Below are positions 10,046 to 18,668 of a stretch of DNA of 64,000 nt, one piece after another; the stretch's first letter is position 1, and the number at the start of each line of letters is the position of its first letter. This DNA comes from Bythopirellula sp. (lineage in GTDB: Bacteria > Planctomycetota > Planctomycetia > Pirellulales > Lacipirellulaceae), in NCBI GenBank assembly GCA_965216565.1, contig OZ244170.1, positions 1,184,001-1,248,000 on the forward strand. The letters are read 5' to 3'. The notes beneath the pieces are model-generated. The model searched no databases and was not told the DNA's origin. It saw only the letters and a program-made list of their open reading frames with translations. The position numbers were made by a program, and so were the translations under genes.

Positions 10046-10864
10046 ATGCCAGAGGGCGACACACTTTACCGCATCGCGAATAAGCTGCGACCTGTGCTGG
10101 TCGATCAAGTGATCACTGACGCCAAAGCGTGGGAGGTGCGTCGGGGGCCATCTATCGATGCCGAGTCGCTGGTGGGAAAACGTGTGACGGCTGTCGAGGC
10201 GATCGGCAAACACTTGCTTGTGACTTTCGAAGATCGGCGTGTCATCCACTCGCACCTAGGCATGACCGGTTCGTGGCACGTCTATGCACACGATGAACCC
10301 TGGCGCAAGCCGGCTCAGCGGGCGGCGCTGAGGCTGGGGACGGAATCGCATGTCGTGGTAAATTTCAGCCCCAAACTCATAGAAATTGCCAGCCGATCCA
10401 GAGTGCTGGGCGACTCGTATTTACAGCGATTGGGTCCCGACATGATGAAAAGGGAGCTGGACTACCAGTTCGCACTAGCGCGGCTGAGAGTTCATAACCG
10501 CACCCCCATTGGAGAAGCGGTGATGAACCAAACGATCGTCGCAGGGATCGGGAATGTGTATAAGTCGGAGTCGCTGTTTCTCTGCCGATTCGATCCTTGG
10601 CGGCAGGTGGGGAAAATCGGGGACGCTTCACTCTTAGACTATCTGCAGCAGACGCATCAGTTGATGCGGAAGAATCGCCGCGGCGGTATGCGGATGACCC
10701 GCTTTGCTGTCGATGGGGTGCATAAATGGGTCTATGGAAGAGAAGGCGAACCCTGTTTGGTTTGCGGTACGCAAATTCGAATGCGCAGGCAGGGCGATCA
10801 AGCTCGTAGTACTTATTGGTGCCCTCGGTGTCAGAAGCAGTCGTCTCAAGTTGCTTCTACATGA
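10046..10864 (+). CDS. nei: Fpg/Nei family DNA glycosylase/AP lyase (endonuclease VIII-like)
   Basis: N-terminal MPEGD, HLGMTGSW, H2TH motif GIGNVYKSE, C-terminal zinc finger CLVC...CPRC; GGAGG ribosome-binding site. Confidence 0.92.
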   Translation: MPEGDTLYRIANKLRPVLVDQVITDAKAWEVRRGPSIDAESLVGKRVTAVEAIGKHLLVTFEDRRVIHSHLGMTGSWHVYAHDEPWRKPAQRAALRLGTESHVVVNFSPKLIEIASRSRVLGDSYLQRLGPDMMKRELDYQFALARLRVHNRTPIGEAVMNQTIVAGIGNVYKSESLFLCRFDPWRQVGKIGDASLLDYLQQTHQLMRKNRRGGMRMTRFAVDGVHKWVYGREGEPCLVCGTQIRMRRQGDQARSTYWCPRCQKQSSQVAST

Positions 10865-10984
10865 GTTGAGCATTCGAGTTTGAGCAATTGAGTGGTTTGG
10901 CCAAGATGCCCGCTGTTGGCGGGACAAGAGTGTTTGCTGAAGAATCGAAGGCGCTCAGTAGATTTGATTGCGGACTCTCGATTT

Positions 10985-11890
10985 TCATCTAAAGCGTTCC
11001 CTCAAGCTGCGACGTCTGGGGCCTCTTCGTTCGGGGGCCGGAGCACCAAGTAAAATCAGGGTTAAAGCATAGAACCGATGCGGCTTGTAAGGCTCGAGGA
11101 ATCGAACCATGTCTTCGTCGTCGCCCTCGGCTTTGCCAGTGAAAAACTGAGCCACGTGCCGGGGGTGGCTGTAGTCGCCGAGCATGAGGGCGTCATCGTT
11201 TCCCATGCCTGCTCCCTGCAAGTATCCGATCGTCCAAGGCCCAATGCCTGGCAGCTTCGCTAGCAATTGCGTCGTTTCTTGCACGGCACTGGATTGCAGT
11301 CCCGCGCCCCACGTCGATTCGATCCGCTTAGACCTGCGCATGGTTTCTACAATCCTGCGTCCGTGCTGCGGGAGTACGCCACACTCGATGAATTGATGAG
11401 AGACAAGTTTCGCTAGTTCTTGCGAAGTCGGCGAATACCATAGGTCGGGTTGATCGGGGACTTGTGTGCCATACGTCGTGACCAGCTTCCGCCAGCCATA
11501 GCAAGCGTCTCGAAAAGTGACGAGTTGCTGCAGAATAATTTGCACGAGTCGTTGGGAGAGATAGGGGTACCTTTGGATTCTCATGCCGCGATACTTATTT
11601 GCAATAGTAACCAGGGCCCGTGGGGCACGGATCTCTGGTGGCTGGTACTCAAGCCCAAACAATACGGGAAGATGTTCTACGAGCCAGTGACTCTCAGTAT
11701 CTAAAAACTCGACGTGTAGTTGGTCATCCTCGTGTTTGACAGAAATAGCAGCCCGGCCCGCTGCCGTGGTGAGAGCCATTCGGAATTGATGAGGCCCATC
11801 GAATTTCAGGCATGGGTCTCCCGATCCCATGGAGAATAGAAAAAACGTGGAGGCCAGGTCGTATGGGCCTTCTAAATCGAACGAGTGCAC
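10985..11890 (-). CDS. AlkA-like HhH-GPD DNA glycosylase (3-methyladenine glycosylase II family)
   Basis: ILQQLVT, HhH motif LAKLPGIGPWT followed by GDY; GAGG upstream of the GTG start. Confidence 0.85.
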   Translation of the reverse strand: MHSFDLEGPYDLASTFFLFSMGSGDPCLKFDGPHQFRMALTTAAGRAAISVKHEDDQLHVEFLDTESHWLVEHLPVLFGLEYQPPEIRAPRALVTIANKYRGMRIQRYPYLSQRLVQIILQQLVTFRDACYGWRKLVTTYGTQVPDQPDLWYSPTSQELAKLVSHQFIECGVLPQHGRRIVETMRRSKRIESTWGAGLQSSAVQETTQLLAKLPGIGPWTIGYLQGAGMGNDDALMLGDYSHPRHVAQFFTGKAEGDDEDMVRFLEPYKPHRFYALTLILLGAPAPERRGPRRRSLRERFR

Positions 11891-11911
11891 CCTGCTAGTT
11901 CCTCACCGGTC

Positions 11912-11951
11912 AGGGTACCGCCCACATTCGTGTAATTTTGCACGTTAAGCA
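11912..11951 (+). repeat. Tn3-family terminal inverted repeat (tnpA side)
   Basis: AGGGTACCGCCCACATTCGTGTAATTTTGCACGTTAAGCA; contains the tnpA stop codon. Confidence 0.97.
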
Positions 11952-14863
11952 TTCCGGATGAGGCTACGGTCGAGTCGGTATTCGCCGTAAAGCACCACAT
12001 TTTCCCACTCGATGGGACTGACGTGCTGCAAGCAGTCTAGGTCAACGCCTGATTCCACCGCTGATGGGCTGCCCAAGCAATCCGAGATTTCGCGTGCCTG
12101 CCAGTAGATGATGCAGGCAAGAATCAGCGTCAAGCAGCTACAACTGTTAAGTTGTCCGTGGATTTCACGGGCATTGACCTTTCCACGCTTGCCGTAGAAC
12201 ACGTCGCGTGCCAAGGCGTGCAGTTCTTCGACCTTGAGTAGCCCCCGCCGAATCCGGCTGCGAAGCTGCGGCTGCGAGAGATACTGCAAGATGAACTCGG
12301 TTTTGAAAATTCGGCCTAGGTCCCGGTTGGCTCGAAAAAAGCGGTTCTTCGCCGAGTAGCGAACTAGCCTCCGCAGAGCCACACTCGCCGTAGTGTGCCC
12401 ACGCTCTAGCGATGCGTAAAAGTGGCCCATGCGGTCCCATTGGGCGGTAATCGCTTCGGTCTTCACCGTTCGGTCAGCTCGGGAGACTAGGTTTTCGAGG
12501 GCTCCATAATCGCGATACGGGTCGACGCGGTAGATGCGTTGCTGCTGGACACCTCGAATTCTTGGGCAGAACCGGCGACCGAGCATCGAGAAGGCGGCGA
12601 AGTTGATTTCGGTGTAGCCGTGGGTATCTGTGTAGTGCTCTTCCAGGTCGAGGTCGTTCTCGTTGTAGAGCAAGCCGTCGAGCACGTTAGCCGCATCCCG
12701 GTCGGTGCATTCTATCGGAGTGCTGTAGAAAGGGGCGTAGTTGTCCGAGACGAACGAATAGAACTCTAAGGCGAAGTCACTGAATCGGGGGCTGTAGGTT
12801 TGCTGCAACACTTTCCTGGGAAACAAGAACCTCTGCCCATCGCTGGCCGAAGTCTTGCCCTGCCCCCAGGTCATCATCGTATCGAGTCCAGCAATTGCGG
12901 CGACCAGCTCGGCCAAAGCCCCACGCTGAGCTTCCTCGGTCAGCTGCCAGTCGCTAACCCGCTTGAGTTGTTTGTAGCTGATGCCGGGCGTCAGCTGAGC
13001 CATCGTATAGGACCCGATATTGCAGCCGTGAGCCATCACGGCCGCCAAAGCCGTACAGACTTCTTCGGCGGTTCGGTTTTGGTTTTGAGCGGGCGTCATG
13101 AAGTGCCGCGTGAAGCCGATGGCGTTATCCACTTCGATGAGCAGCTCGGGAAGCCTAATTCGACGCATGCTCCTGCCGAGCCAGGCCTTGAACTGGCTGA
13201 TGCGTTGCTGGGTTTCGTCGTCGGGTTGCCCACCCTGGTCGACCGACAGATGCCAACCGTCTTCGTCCGCTTTGGCGTAGCTATTGGAGGGGGCTGTTTC
13301 GAGAAACGTGTCGTAAGCCAAGTTCAAGCGATTGGTGAGATATTCGCTTACCGCTGATGGGTTTGTTGGCAGCCCAGACTTCTGAAAAAAGTCTTCTCGA
13401 TGCGTTTGCCATTCTTCTTCGGGAATGAAGAAGTCATCGAAGCGGCCGTACCGTTTACTGTGGCGAATCGACAGGTTGCCGCAGCGGACCTCGTCGCGGA
13501 TGGCGTACAGCAGCGAGCACTCCCAAGGCCTACGTTCGGGGATGGAATCGGCAGCGACGAACGACCTGAACCGGGCAGGCACAAATTCAATTGGAGCGTC
13601 TTCAGAGAGCTTCCGCTTGTTCGCCTCATTGAGCTGTTTCAGCAACATAAGGGCTTCTAGGCAGGGCGAAGCGTCCGCAGGTGATTCCGTTTCGAAAGCG
13701 AGCGATTTGAAGAACGACGGAGAGAATTTTCGCAGGTAGGAAAACCGCTTTAAGATGCCGTGGACCTTGCTGCTTGACTTGCCTTGGGTCCACTCCGTGA
13801 TGCTGGCAAGCTGAGCCTTCAGCCGCTCTTTTGGAACCCGTCCATAAACCTTAGAACGAACATTGTCGTCCGGTATGTCTTCATCGAGTAACGTCGATGC
13901 CAAGACTTCCAGAACCGACAAGGATTCAAGGATGCCCCGGCGTTTATCTTTGAGACGTTCGTCGAGCTCGTTCTGGGCGTGGCTCTCGATACGAGTGAGC
14001 AGCTTATCGAACAGATTGAACGCCTGGTCGACCGCATCCCGGTAGGCCTGCCAAAGGAAGCAGGTCATCGCCGCGTCACGCCTCGGCTTGGTCAATTTCT
14101 GCAGGCGGTCGACCGAGCAGTTCCGGACGTGGTGAAACAGCGACCTCTGGTAGTTGCCATTCAGCCAGTCGAGTTCGACGCCGATAACACCCGACTCTTC
14201 GATGGCTGTCATCTTCATCAGCAGGGCAAGAATCGCCTCGGGCGATGACTTGTCCGGATTCGCCTTGATAGCCTGAAGGCCTGAGACGCGGGTGCTGTCA
14301 TCGACAGAGAGCAATTCCTCAAAAGCGGTTTCCGCTTGCGGAGGCAACTGGTGAGCAATCCGGTCATGGATGCGTTCCCTGGCCCGTGTTCGCTGCTCAC
14401 TGATGAGTCGGTGAATTGACGATTCAGCCGGGGTCAGCACCCCACGAGCCGCCAGGAAATCGTTGGCTCTAGCGACTAGCGAAGCTGTCCGTTCCAAGCG
14501 GAAACATTCCTCAAACAAGAACGCTTCCAGCTGGTTGACCACTTCTCCCTCGAAGCGTTGCAGTCCTAAGTATTCGCGAATACGAACCTGATGTTCCGAG
14601 ACGGTTTGTCGCCTGCTGAGATAATCCTCGATTCCTTCCGGGTCGACCCGGAGCTGTACCCCGGTGTAGACCAACAGCTCGTCGATGATTTCGACCGACT
14701 CGGCAATCGGAAAGCGATTCATCAACCGCACAAAGCCAACCTGGTACGCAAATCCGAGGCGGCTATAGTCGCGGCGGCATTGGTTGATTTGGTCGTAGTC
14801 TTCAACGGTTAGCGAAGCCCGCTCTGCTAGCTGTTTCCGCGTGTAGGTCTTGGCCCTGGTCAT
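11945..14863 (-). CDS. tnpA: Tn3 family transposase
   Basis: About 970 aa; RLGFAYQV N-terminal region, SASDGQRF, VLDGLL, HYTDTHGYTE, HALARDVFYG, HVSPIEWENV. Start set at ATG 14863 because the longer ORF start runs through the res site. Confidence 0.96.
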   Translation of the reverse strand: MTRAKTYTRKQLAERASLTVEDYDQINQCRRDYSRLGFAYQVGFVRLMNRFPIAESVEIIDELLVYTGVQLRVDPEGIEDYLSRRQTVSEHQVRIREYLGLQRFEGEVVNQLEAFLFEECFRLERTASLVARANDFLAARGVLTPAESSIHRLISEQRTRARERIHDRIAHQLPPQAETAFEELLSVDDSTRVSGLQAIKANPDKSSPEAILALLMKMTAIEESGVIGVELDWLNGNYQRSLFHHVRNCSVDRLQKLTKPRRDAAMTCFLWQAYRDAVDQAFNLFDKLLTRIESHAQNELDERLKDKRRGILESLSVLEVLASTLLDEDIPDDNVRSKVYGRVPKERLKAQLASITEWTQGKSSSKVHGILKRFSYLRKFSPSFFKSLAFETESPADASPCLEALMLLKQLNEANKRKLSEDAPIEFVPARFRSFVAADSIPERRPWECSLLYAIRDEVRCGNLSIRHSKRYGRFDDFFIPEEEWQTHREDFFQKSGLPTNPSAVSEYLTNRLNLAYDTFLETAPSNSYAKADEDGWHLSVDQGGQPDDETQQRISQFKAWLGRSMRRIRLPELLIEVDNAIGFTRHFMTPAQNQNRTAEEVCTALAAVMAHGCNIGSYTMAQLTPGISYKQLKRVSDWQLTEEAQRGALAELVAAIAGLDTMMTWGQGKTSASDGQRFLFPRKVLQQTYSPRFSDFALEFYSFVSDNYAPFYSTPIECTDRDAANVLDGLLYNENDLDLEEHYTDTHGYTEINFAAFSMLGRRFCPRIRGVQQQRIYRVDPYRDYGALENLVSRADRTVKTEAITAQWDRMGHFYASLERGHTTASVALRRLVRYSAKNRFFRANRDLGRIFKTEFILQYLSQPQLRSRIRRGLLKVEELHALARDVFYGKRGKVNAREIHGQLNSCSCLTLILACIIYWQAREISDCLGSPSAVESGVDLDCLQHVSPIEWENVVLYGEYRLDRSLIRNA

Positions 14864-14889
14864 GAGGGGCTTCCTTGCATGTAACGGTA

Positions 14890-15023
14890 GTCCCAAAAAC
14901 GCTCGTTTTTGGGACACCTTGGATGAGTGCTGAAAAGTGCCTCCTTGCAACGGTAAATGTGTCCCACAACTTGTCTCTTTATCAAAGTCCCAATACTTAG
15001 TATAGGATTAGCTTATGGAACAC
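14890..15023. promoter_or_regulatory. res (resolution) site
   Basis: Perfect palindrome GTCCCAAAAAC-GCTC-GTTTTTGGGAC (14890-14915) plus related half-sites GTCCCACAAC, GTCCCAATAC and TTATGGAACAC between tnpA and tnpR. Confidence 0.75.
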
Positions 15024-15049
15024 ACTGATTTCAACAAGGATGAGTTTTT

Positions 15050-15610
15050 ATGCTGATTGGTTACGCACGAGTTTCAACTCAAGACCAGAAGCTCTCGTCA
15101 CAGCAAGATGCCCTCAAACAGGCTGGCTGCGAACGCATCTACACCGACAAAATCAGTGGAGCCACCGAGCAGCGTAGTGGACTGGATAAGGCGTTGGACC
15201 AGCTCCGGCCTGATGACACGCTCGTCGTCTGGAAACTCGACCGGCTGGGCCGGTCTTTGACTCATCTAGTTGAGCTAGTCAACGACCTCAAGGACCGTGA
15301 GATTGGCTTTCGCAGCTTGCAAGAAAACATCGACACTACATCGGGTGTCGGGAAGCTGGTGTTCCACATCTTCGCTTCGCTTGCGGAGTTTGAGCGTGAC
15401 TTGATTCGTGAACGGACAATGGCTGGCCTCAATTCGGCACGGTCTCGCGGCAGGCTTGGAGGTCGCCCCAAGGTGATGGATAACAAAAAAGCGGCGATGG
15501 CACGCTCGATGCACCAAGGTGATGACCTTTCGGTGAAGGAAATATGTACCACGCTTGGTATCAGCAGAACAACTTTTTACCGGTATCTACGAGCCGAAGA
15601 TGCAGCATAG
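15050..15610 (+). CDS. tnpR: Serine recombinase (resolvase)
   Basis: GYARVST, LVVWKLDRLGRS, LAEFERDLIRERT, GGRP, C-terminal HTH (LGISRTTFYRY). Confidence 0.96.
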   Translation: MLIGYARVSTQDQKLSSQQDALKQAGCERIYTDKISGATEQRSGLDKALDQLRPDDTLVVWKLDRLGRSLTHLVELVNDLKDREIGFRSLQENIDTTSGVGKLVFHIFASLAEFERDLIRERTMAGLNSARSRGRLGGRPKVMDNKKAAMARSMHQGDDLSVKEICTTLGISRTTFYRYLRAEDAA

Positions 15611-15642
15611 GAAGTTTGCGTCGAGCAGCAAAATGTCTCGCC

Positions 15643-17736
15643 TCATCTCACCTCTATCCACTTGATGATGCGAACTCCGCTTGGTCTAGCTCCTTTGTAA
15701 AGCTCGTAAATCTGGTCTGGACATAGAGCACGACTGTAGACCCGTACTTCGTCTACTCTCCCGTCAAAATATCCCGAACTGCTTTCCATCACACCTTCAC
15801 CGACCTTGAAGACCTCGGAGTTGTTTCCGTACTCAGAAGCTCCCGTGCCGCCGCTTGCGACCTCATGCCCATTGACGTAGAGCGTCAGTGACGTGCGGGT
15901 GCCAACAGCAGCAACATGCTGCCACTTCCCTAGGACCATGACGTTAGGTGCCGTGAGCGACCCACCCGCGTCGGTCCACAGCTCTAGTTGCCTAGCCGAC
16001 ATATCGATGCCCACCTCGACCAATTCATACTGGCCGAAAAACGATTTCACGGGAGCTAGGTCGGAAGACTTGAACCATCCGGCTAATGTGAATTCCTCTA
16101 CGTCGTTCAACAGGCCTTGGTTAGCTGTTACGTATTCGCTGAACCCATCTAACTGTACTGACTTATCTGTTTTTGGCGGAAATGCTCCAGCAGCCCCTAG
16201 CGTGGGTGAAGCGATGTATTCTGCGTCATTTCCGCGACCGCTACTGTCAGCCGCATCAGTCCCAGTCGACTCATCAAACGCCCAGTGAGCAATGATGCCG
16301 TACAGTTCTGCAATTTCCGCCGGAGAGAGCTTTGTTGAATACACCCGAAAATCTCGCAACGCCCCTTCCCAGTTTTCTGAACTACCCGTTCGCGTACCAA
16401 ACGAAAGTAGGCCGGGGGATTGCGACGTCATATCCGAGCTATTCGTACCACTGTTATCGAGTTTTCCATCTACCCATACTTCGTAGGTGTCATCATTGGC
16501 ATCAAACACTGCCACGACGTGATACCAGCGGTCCTCCTTCTCGAGCGATGCGTTGGTCACAAACTCTGGAGGACCTTCTGCACCTAGGTCGAAGGACAAT
16601 GTGCCATCTGGCTCCTGCCGTGTTTCCCAATCTCCGCCCAAACCGAAAATTCGTTCGCGTGAGGTTGGATTTCCGGAACTTCGCATCCAGAATGCGATAG
16701 TTCCAGTAGACGGCGGTGAAAATGGTGAACCCGTTACTGCATCACCACTGAAGCCATCAAACTCAATGATGTTACGATTGAGACAATCGGTTGCCCAACT
16801 AGCCCCACTCTGAAGCGTCACATCATTGCCAGTCGAAGTGCTGTCAGCGGCCGTTGTGCCAAAGCCCTCGTCAAACTTCCAATGGCCCACCAGGCCTGCG
16901 GATTGATTACCTTCCTGGAAATGGAGTAGTACTTGAGCTGCCGAGAGAGCCGTGTTGTAAAGGGCTACTTCATCTATCTGGCCATCGAAATCACGATTCG
17001 TAGTCGAAGTGTTATTGTCATGGAAACGGGTGCCAGCAACGGCATCCCCAATCACAGCAGGATTGTGGTTCCAAAGTCGTCCGACGCCCACTTGCTGTCC
17101 TATGCTGACGCCGTTCAGATAGCCCGTGATGGCTCCCGAGGTACCCGACGCATCGCCGTCCATCACTAGGACGACATGGTAAGTCGTATTCGTGGCGACC
17201 GCTCCCAGCAGAGAGACGAATATTGGCGTTGGCGTTCCCCACGGTGCGGCTCCGCCACCCCCATCGTCATTTGCCCGGTTCCAACCCGCTAGGTACAGGT
17301 CTCCGCCATCTAGGTAAATGTTCAGCCCGCGAGTGCCGCCTCCCTGCTCATAGAGAACCTGCCTACCACTAAGGGAGTGGGGACGAAACCACAACTCAAT
17401 CGTTTTTTGCGTGAACGGGCCTGCTCGATTGATGTCGTTGATATTGCCAAAGGAGACAGAACCTCCAGAAAACAGAACGGATGTTCCCGGTCCGGCAACC
17501 AAAGAAGTTGCCTCCTTTGTGTGAGCAGAAACAAAAGACCCATTCGCGGCAGAACCAAGGGAGCCGTCGTTTACAGCCGTGCTGCCCGAGGTTTCGTCAA
17601 GCTTCCAATAGGCAATCGGATTGTCTGCCAATACTACGTCTGAATAGGCTGCCTCGCACCGATAGCAGGCGGAACCTAACACCAGTCCCAAAGCAAGCAC
17701 GATGGCAGGTGTCAGTTTAGTAATGCAGAGCTTCAT
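15643..17736 (-). CDS. Secreted triple LamG-like jellyroll protein (transposon cargo)
   Basis: Signal peptide; three domains starting AYWKLDE / GHWKFDE / AHWAFDE and ending FDGQIDEVALY / WEGALRDFRVY / FDGRVDEVRVY; C-terminus GVRIIKWIEVR. Confidence 0.9.
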   Translation of the reverse strand: MKLCITKLTPAIVLALGLVLGSACYRCEAAYSDVVLADNPIAYWKLDETSGSTAVNDGSLGSAANGSFVSAHTKEATSLVAGPGTSVLFSGGSVSFGNINDINRAGPFTQKTIELWFRPHSLSGRQVLYEQGGGTRGLNIYLDGGDLYLAGWNRANDDGGGGAAPWGTPTPIFVSLLGAVATNTTYHVVLVMDGDASGTSGAITGYLNGVSIGQQVGVGRLWNHNPAVIGDAVAGTRFHDNNTSTTNRDFDGQIDEVALYNTALSAAQVLLHFQEGNQSAGLVGHWKFDEGFGTTAADSTSTGNDVTLQSGASWATDCLNRNIIEFDGFSGDAVTGSPFSPPSTGTIAFWMRSSGNPTSRERIFGLGGDWETRQEPDGTLSFDLGAEGPPEFVTNASLEKEDRWYHVVAVFDANDDTYEVWVDGKLDNSGTNSSDMTSQSPGLLSFGTRTGSSENWEGALRDFRVYSTKLSPAEIAELYGIIAHWAFDESTGTDAADSSGRGNDAEYIASPTLGAAGAFPPKTDKSVQLDGFSEYVTANQGLLNDVEEFTLAGWFKSSDLAPVKSFFGQYELVEVGIDMSARQLELWTDAGGSLTAPNVMVLGKWQHVAAVGTRTSLTLYVNGHEVASGGTGASEYGNNSEVFKVGEGVMESSSGYFDGRVDEVRVYSRALCPDQIYELYKGARPSGVRIIKWIEVR

Positions 17737-17759
17737 CTCGAAGTGGCCTTCCTCAATGG

Positions 17760-17951
17760 CTAACTTACTTTCTCGCCAAAAGATGCCAGCAAGTCGCTTG
17801 CGGAAATTAGGATTTGCGTATCATGATTCGCACAGTCCTCGCTGGAACAAAACCAGTTTTGTCCGCCATCAGGCGAATGCACAGCTTGGACTTTACTCTC
17901 CGTTTTGCCAAGAAGCCGTATGTAGAATATCTCCCCTGGCTCAATCTTCAT
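17760..17951 (-). CDS. Small hypothetical protein (63 aa), apparent paralog of 18029-18235
   Basis: MKIEPGEIF...GGQNWFC...DTQILISASDL aligns by eye with the neighbouring ORF; same strand as the LamG cargo gene. Confidence 0.6.
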   Translation of the reverse strand: MKIEPGEIFYIRLLGKTESKVQAVHSPDGGQNWFCSSEDCANHDTQILISASDLLASFGEKVS

Positions 17952-18028
17952 TGCATTTTTCTTCATATCGAGAGGACTTTCCTGCAAGCTAGTAAGGACT
18001 CGCTGCAACAGCAGGTGTTTTCAACGCA

Positions 18029-18235
18029 TTAATCGCGTTTCACAACACTCCTTGCTGTCTCTACGCTGCTGAGAATGTCTTGGAGTTCTTCCTCGGAGAT
18101 TATGATGGCGGTTTCACTTATCTGACGGTCAGTGCGAATACAGAGCCACCCTCCGCCTACCGCGGAAAGAACTTGCATCGGAGCTTCCTCACCGTTAATG
18201 GTCTGACTGAAACAGTCGCCTGAGCAGATTTCCAT
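18029..18235 (-). CDS. Small hypothetical protein (68 aa), apparent paralog of 17760-17951
   Basis: MEICSGDCF...GGGWLC...ETAIIISEEEL. Confidence 0.6.
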   Translation of the reverse strand: MEICSGDCFSQTINGEEAPMQVLSAVGGGWLCIRTDRQISETAIIISEEELQDILSSVETARSVVKRD

Positions 18236-18668
18236 GATTCAAAATCTCAAAATTTGTGACCTAAAACGTAATTATTCCTTACGATTTGAAAATAGGATAT
18301 TGTAAGTGAAAGTCAAGAAACCGCTTGGCTTGTAGGGAACGCAAGCGAATTTCGCTGGGTGTCCACTGCTCATCCAATTCGCCATCGAATGCGTCGTGCA
18401 ACTGCTTTCCGGCTAATACTTCGCGTCAGCCTTGTATCTGGCCAGCAACTTAGTGCATCCAATGGATTGAGAAAGGAAAAGTCGTACAACCCCGAATATC
18501 AGAATGAACAGAACTCTTGTCCTTTGCCCCAACAAGTCGAATAAGTGGAATCAATGTTAGTGCCATCTTTTTCTTTTCATCTCGATGTGATGAGCAACCT
18601 ATTCTTTTGAAGCTGTCAATTCCTCCGAGTATTAGGGACGATTGAATCCACCCAGTAGGTGTGCTGAC

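Noticed and set aside
14864..14950. Longer 1001-aa tnpA start from the ORF track
   Set aside because: The extension runs through the res palindrome and begins at TTG; ATG 14863 is more plausible.
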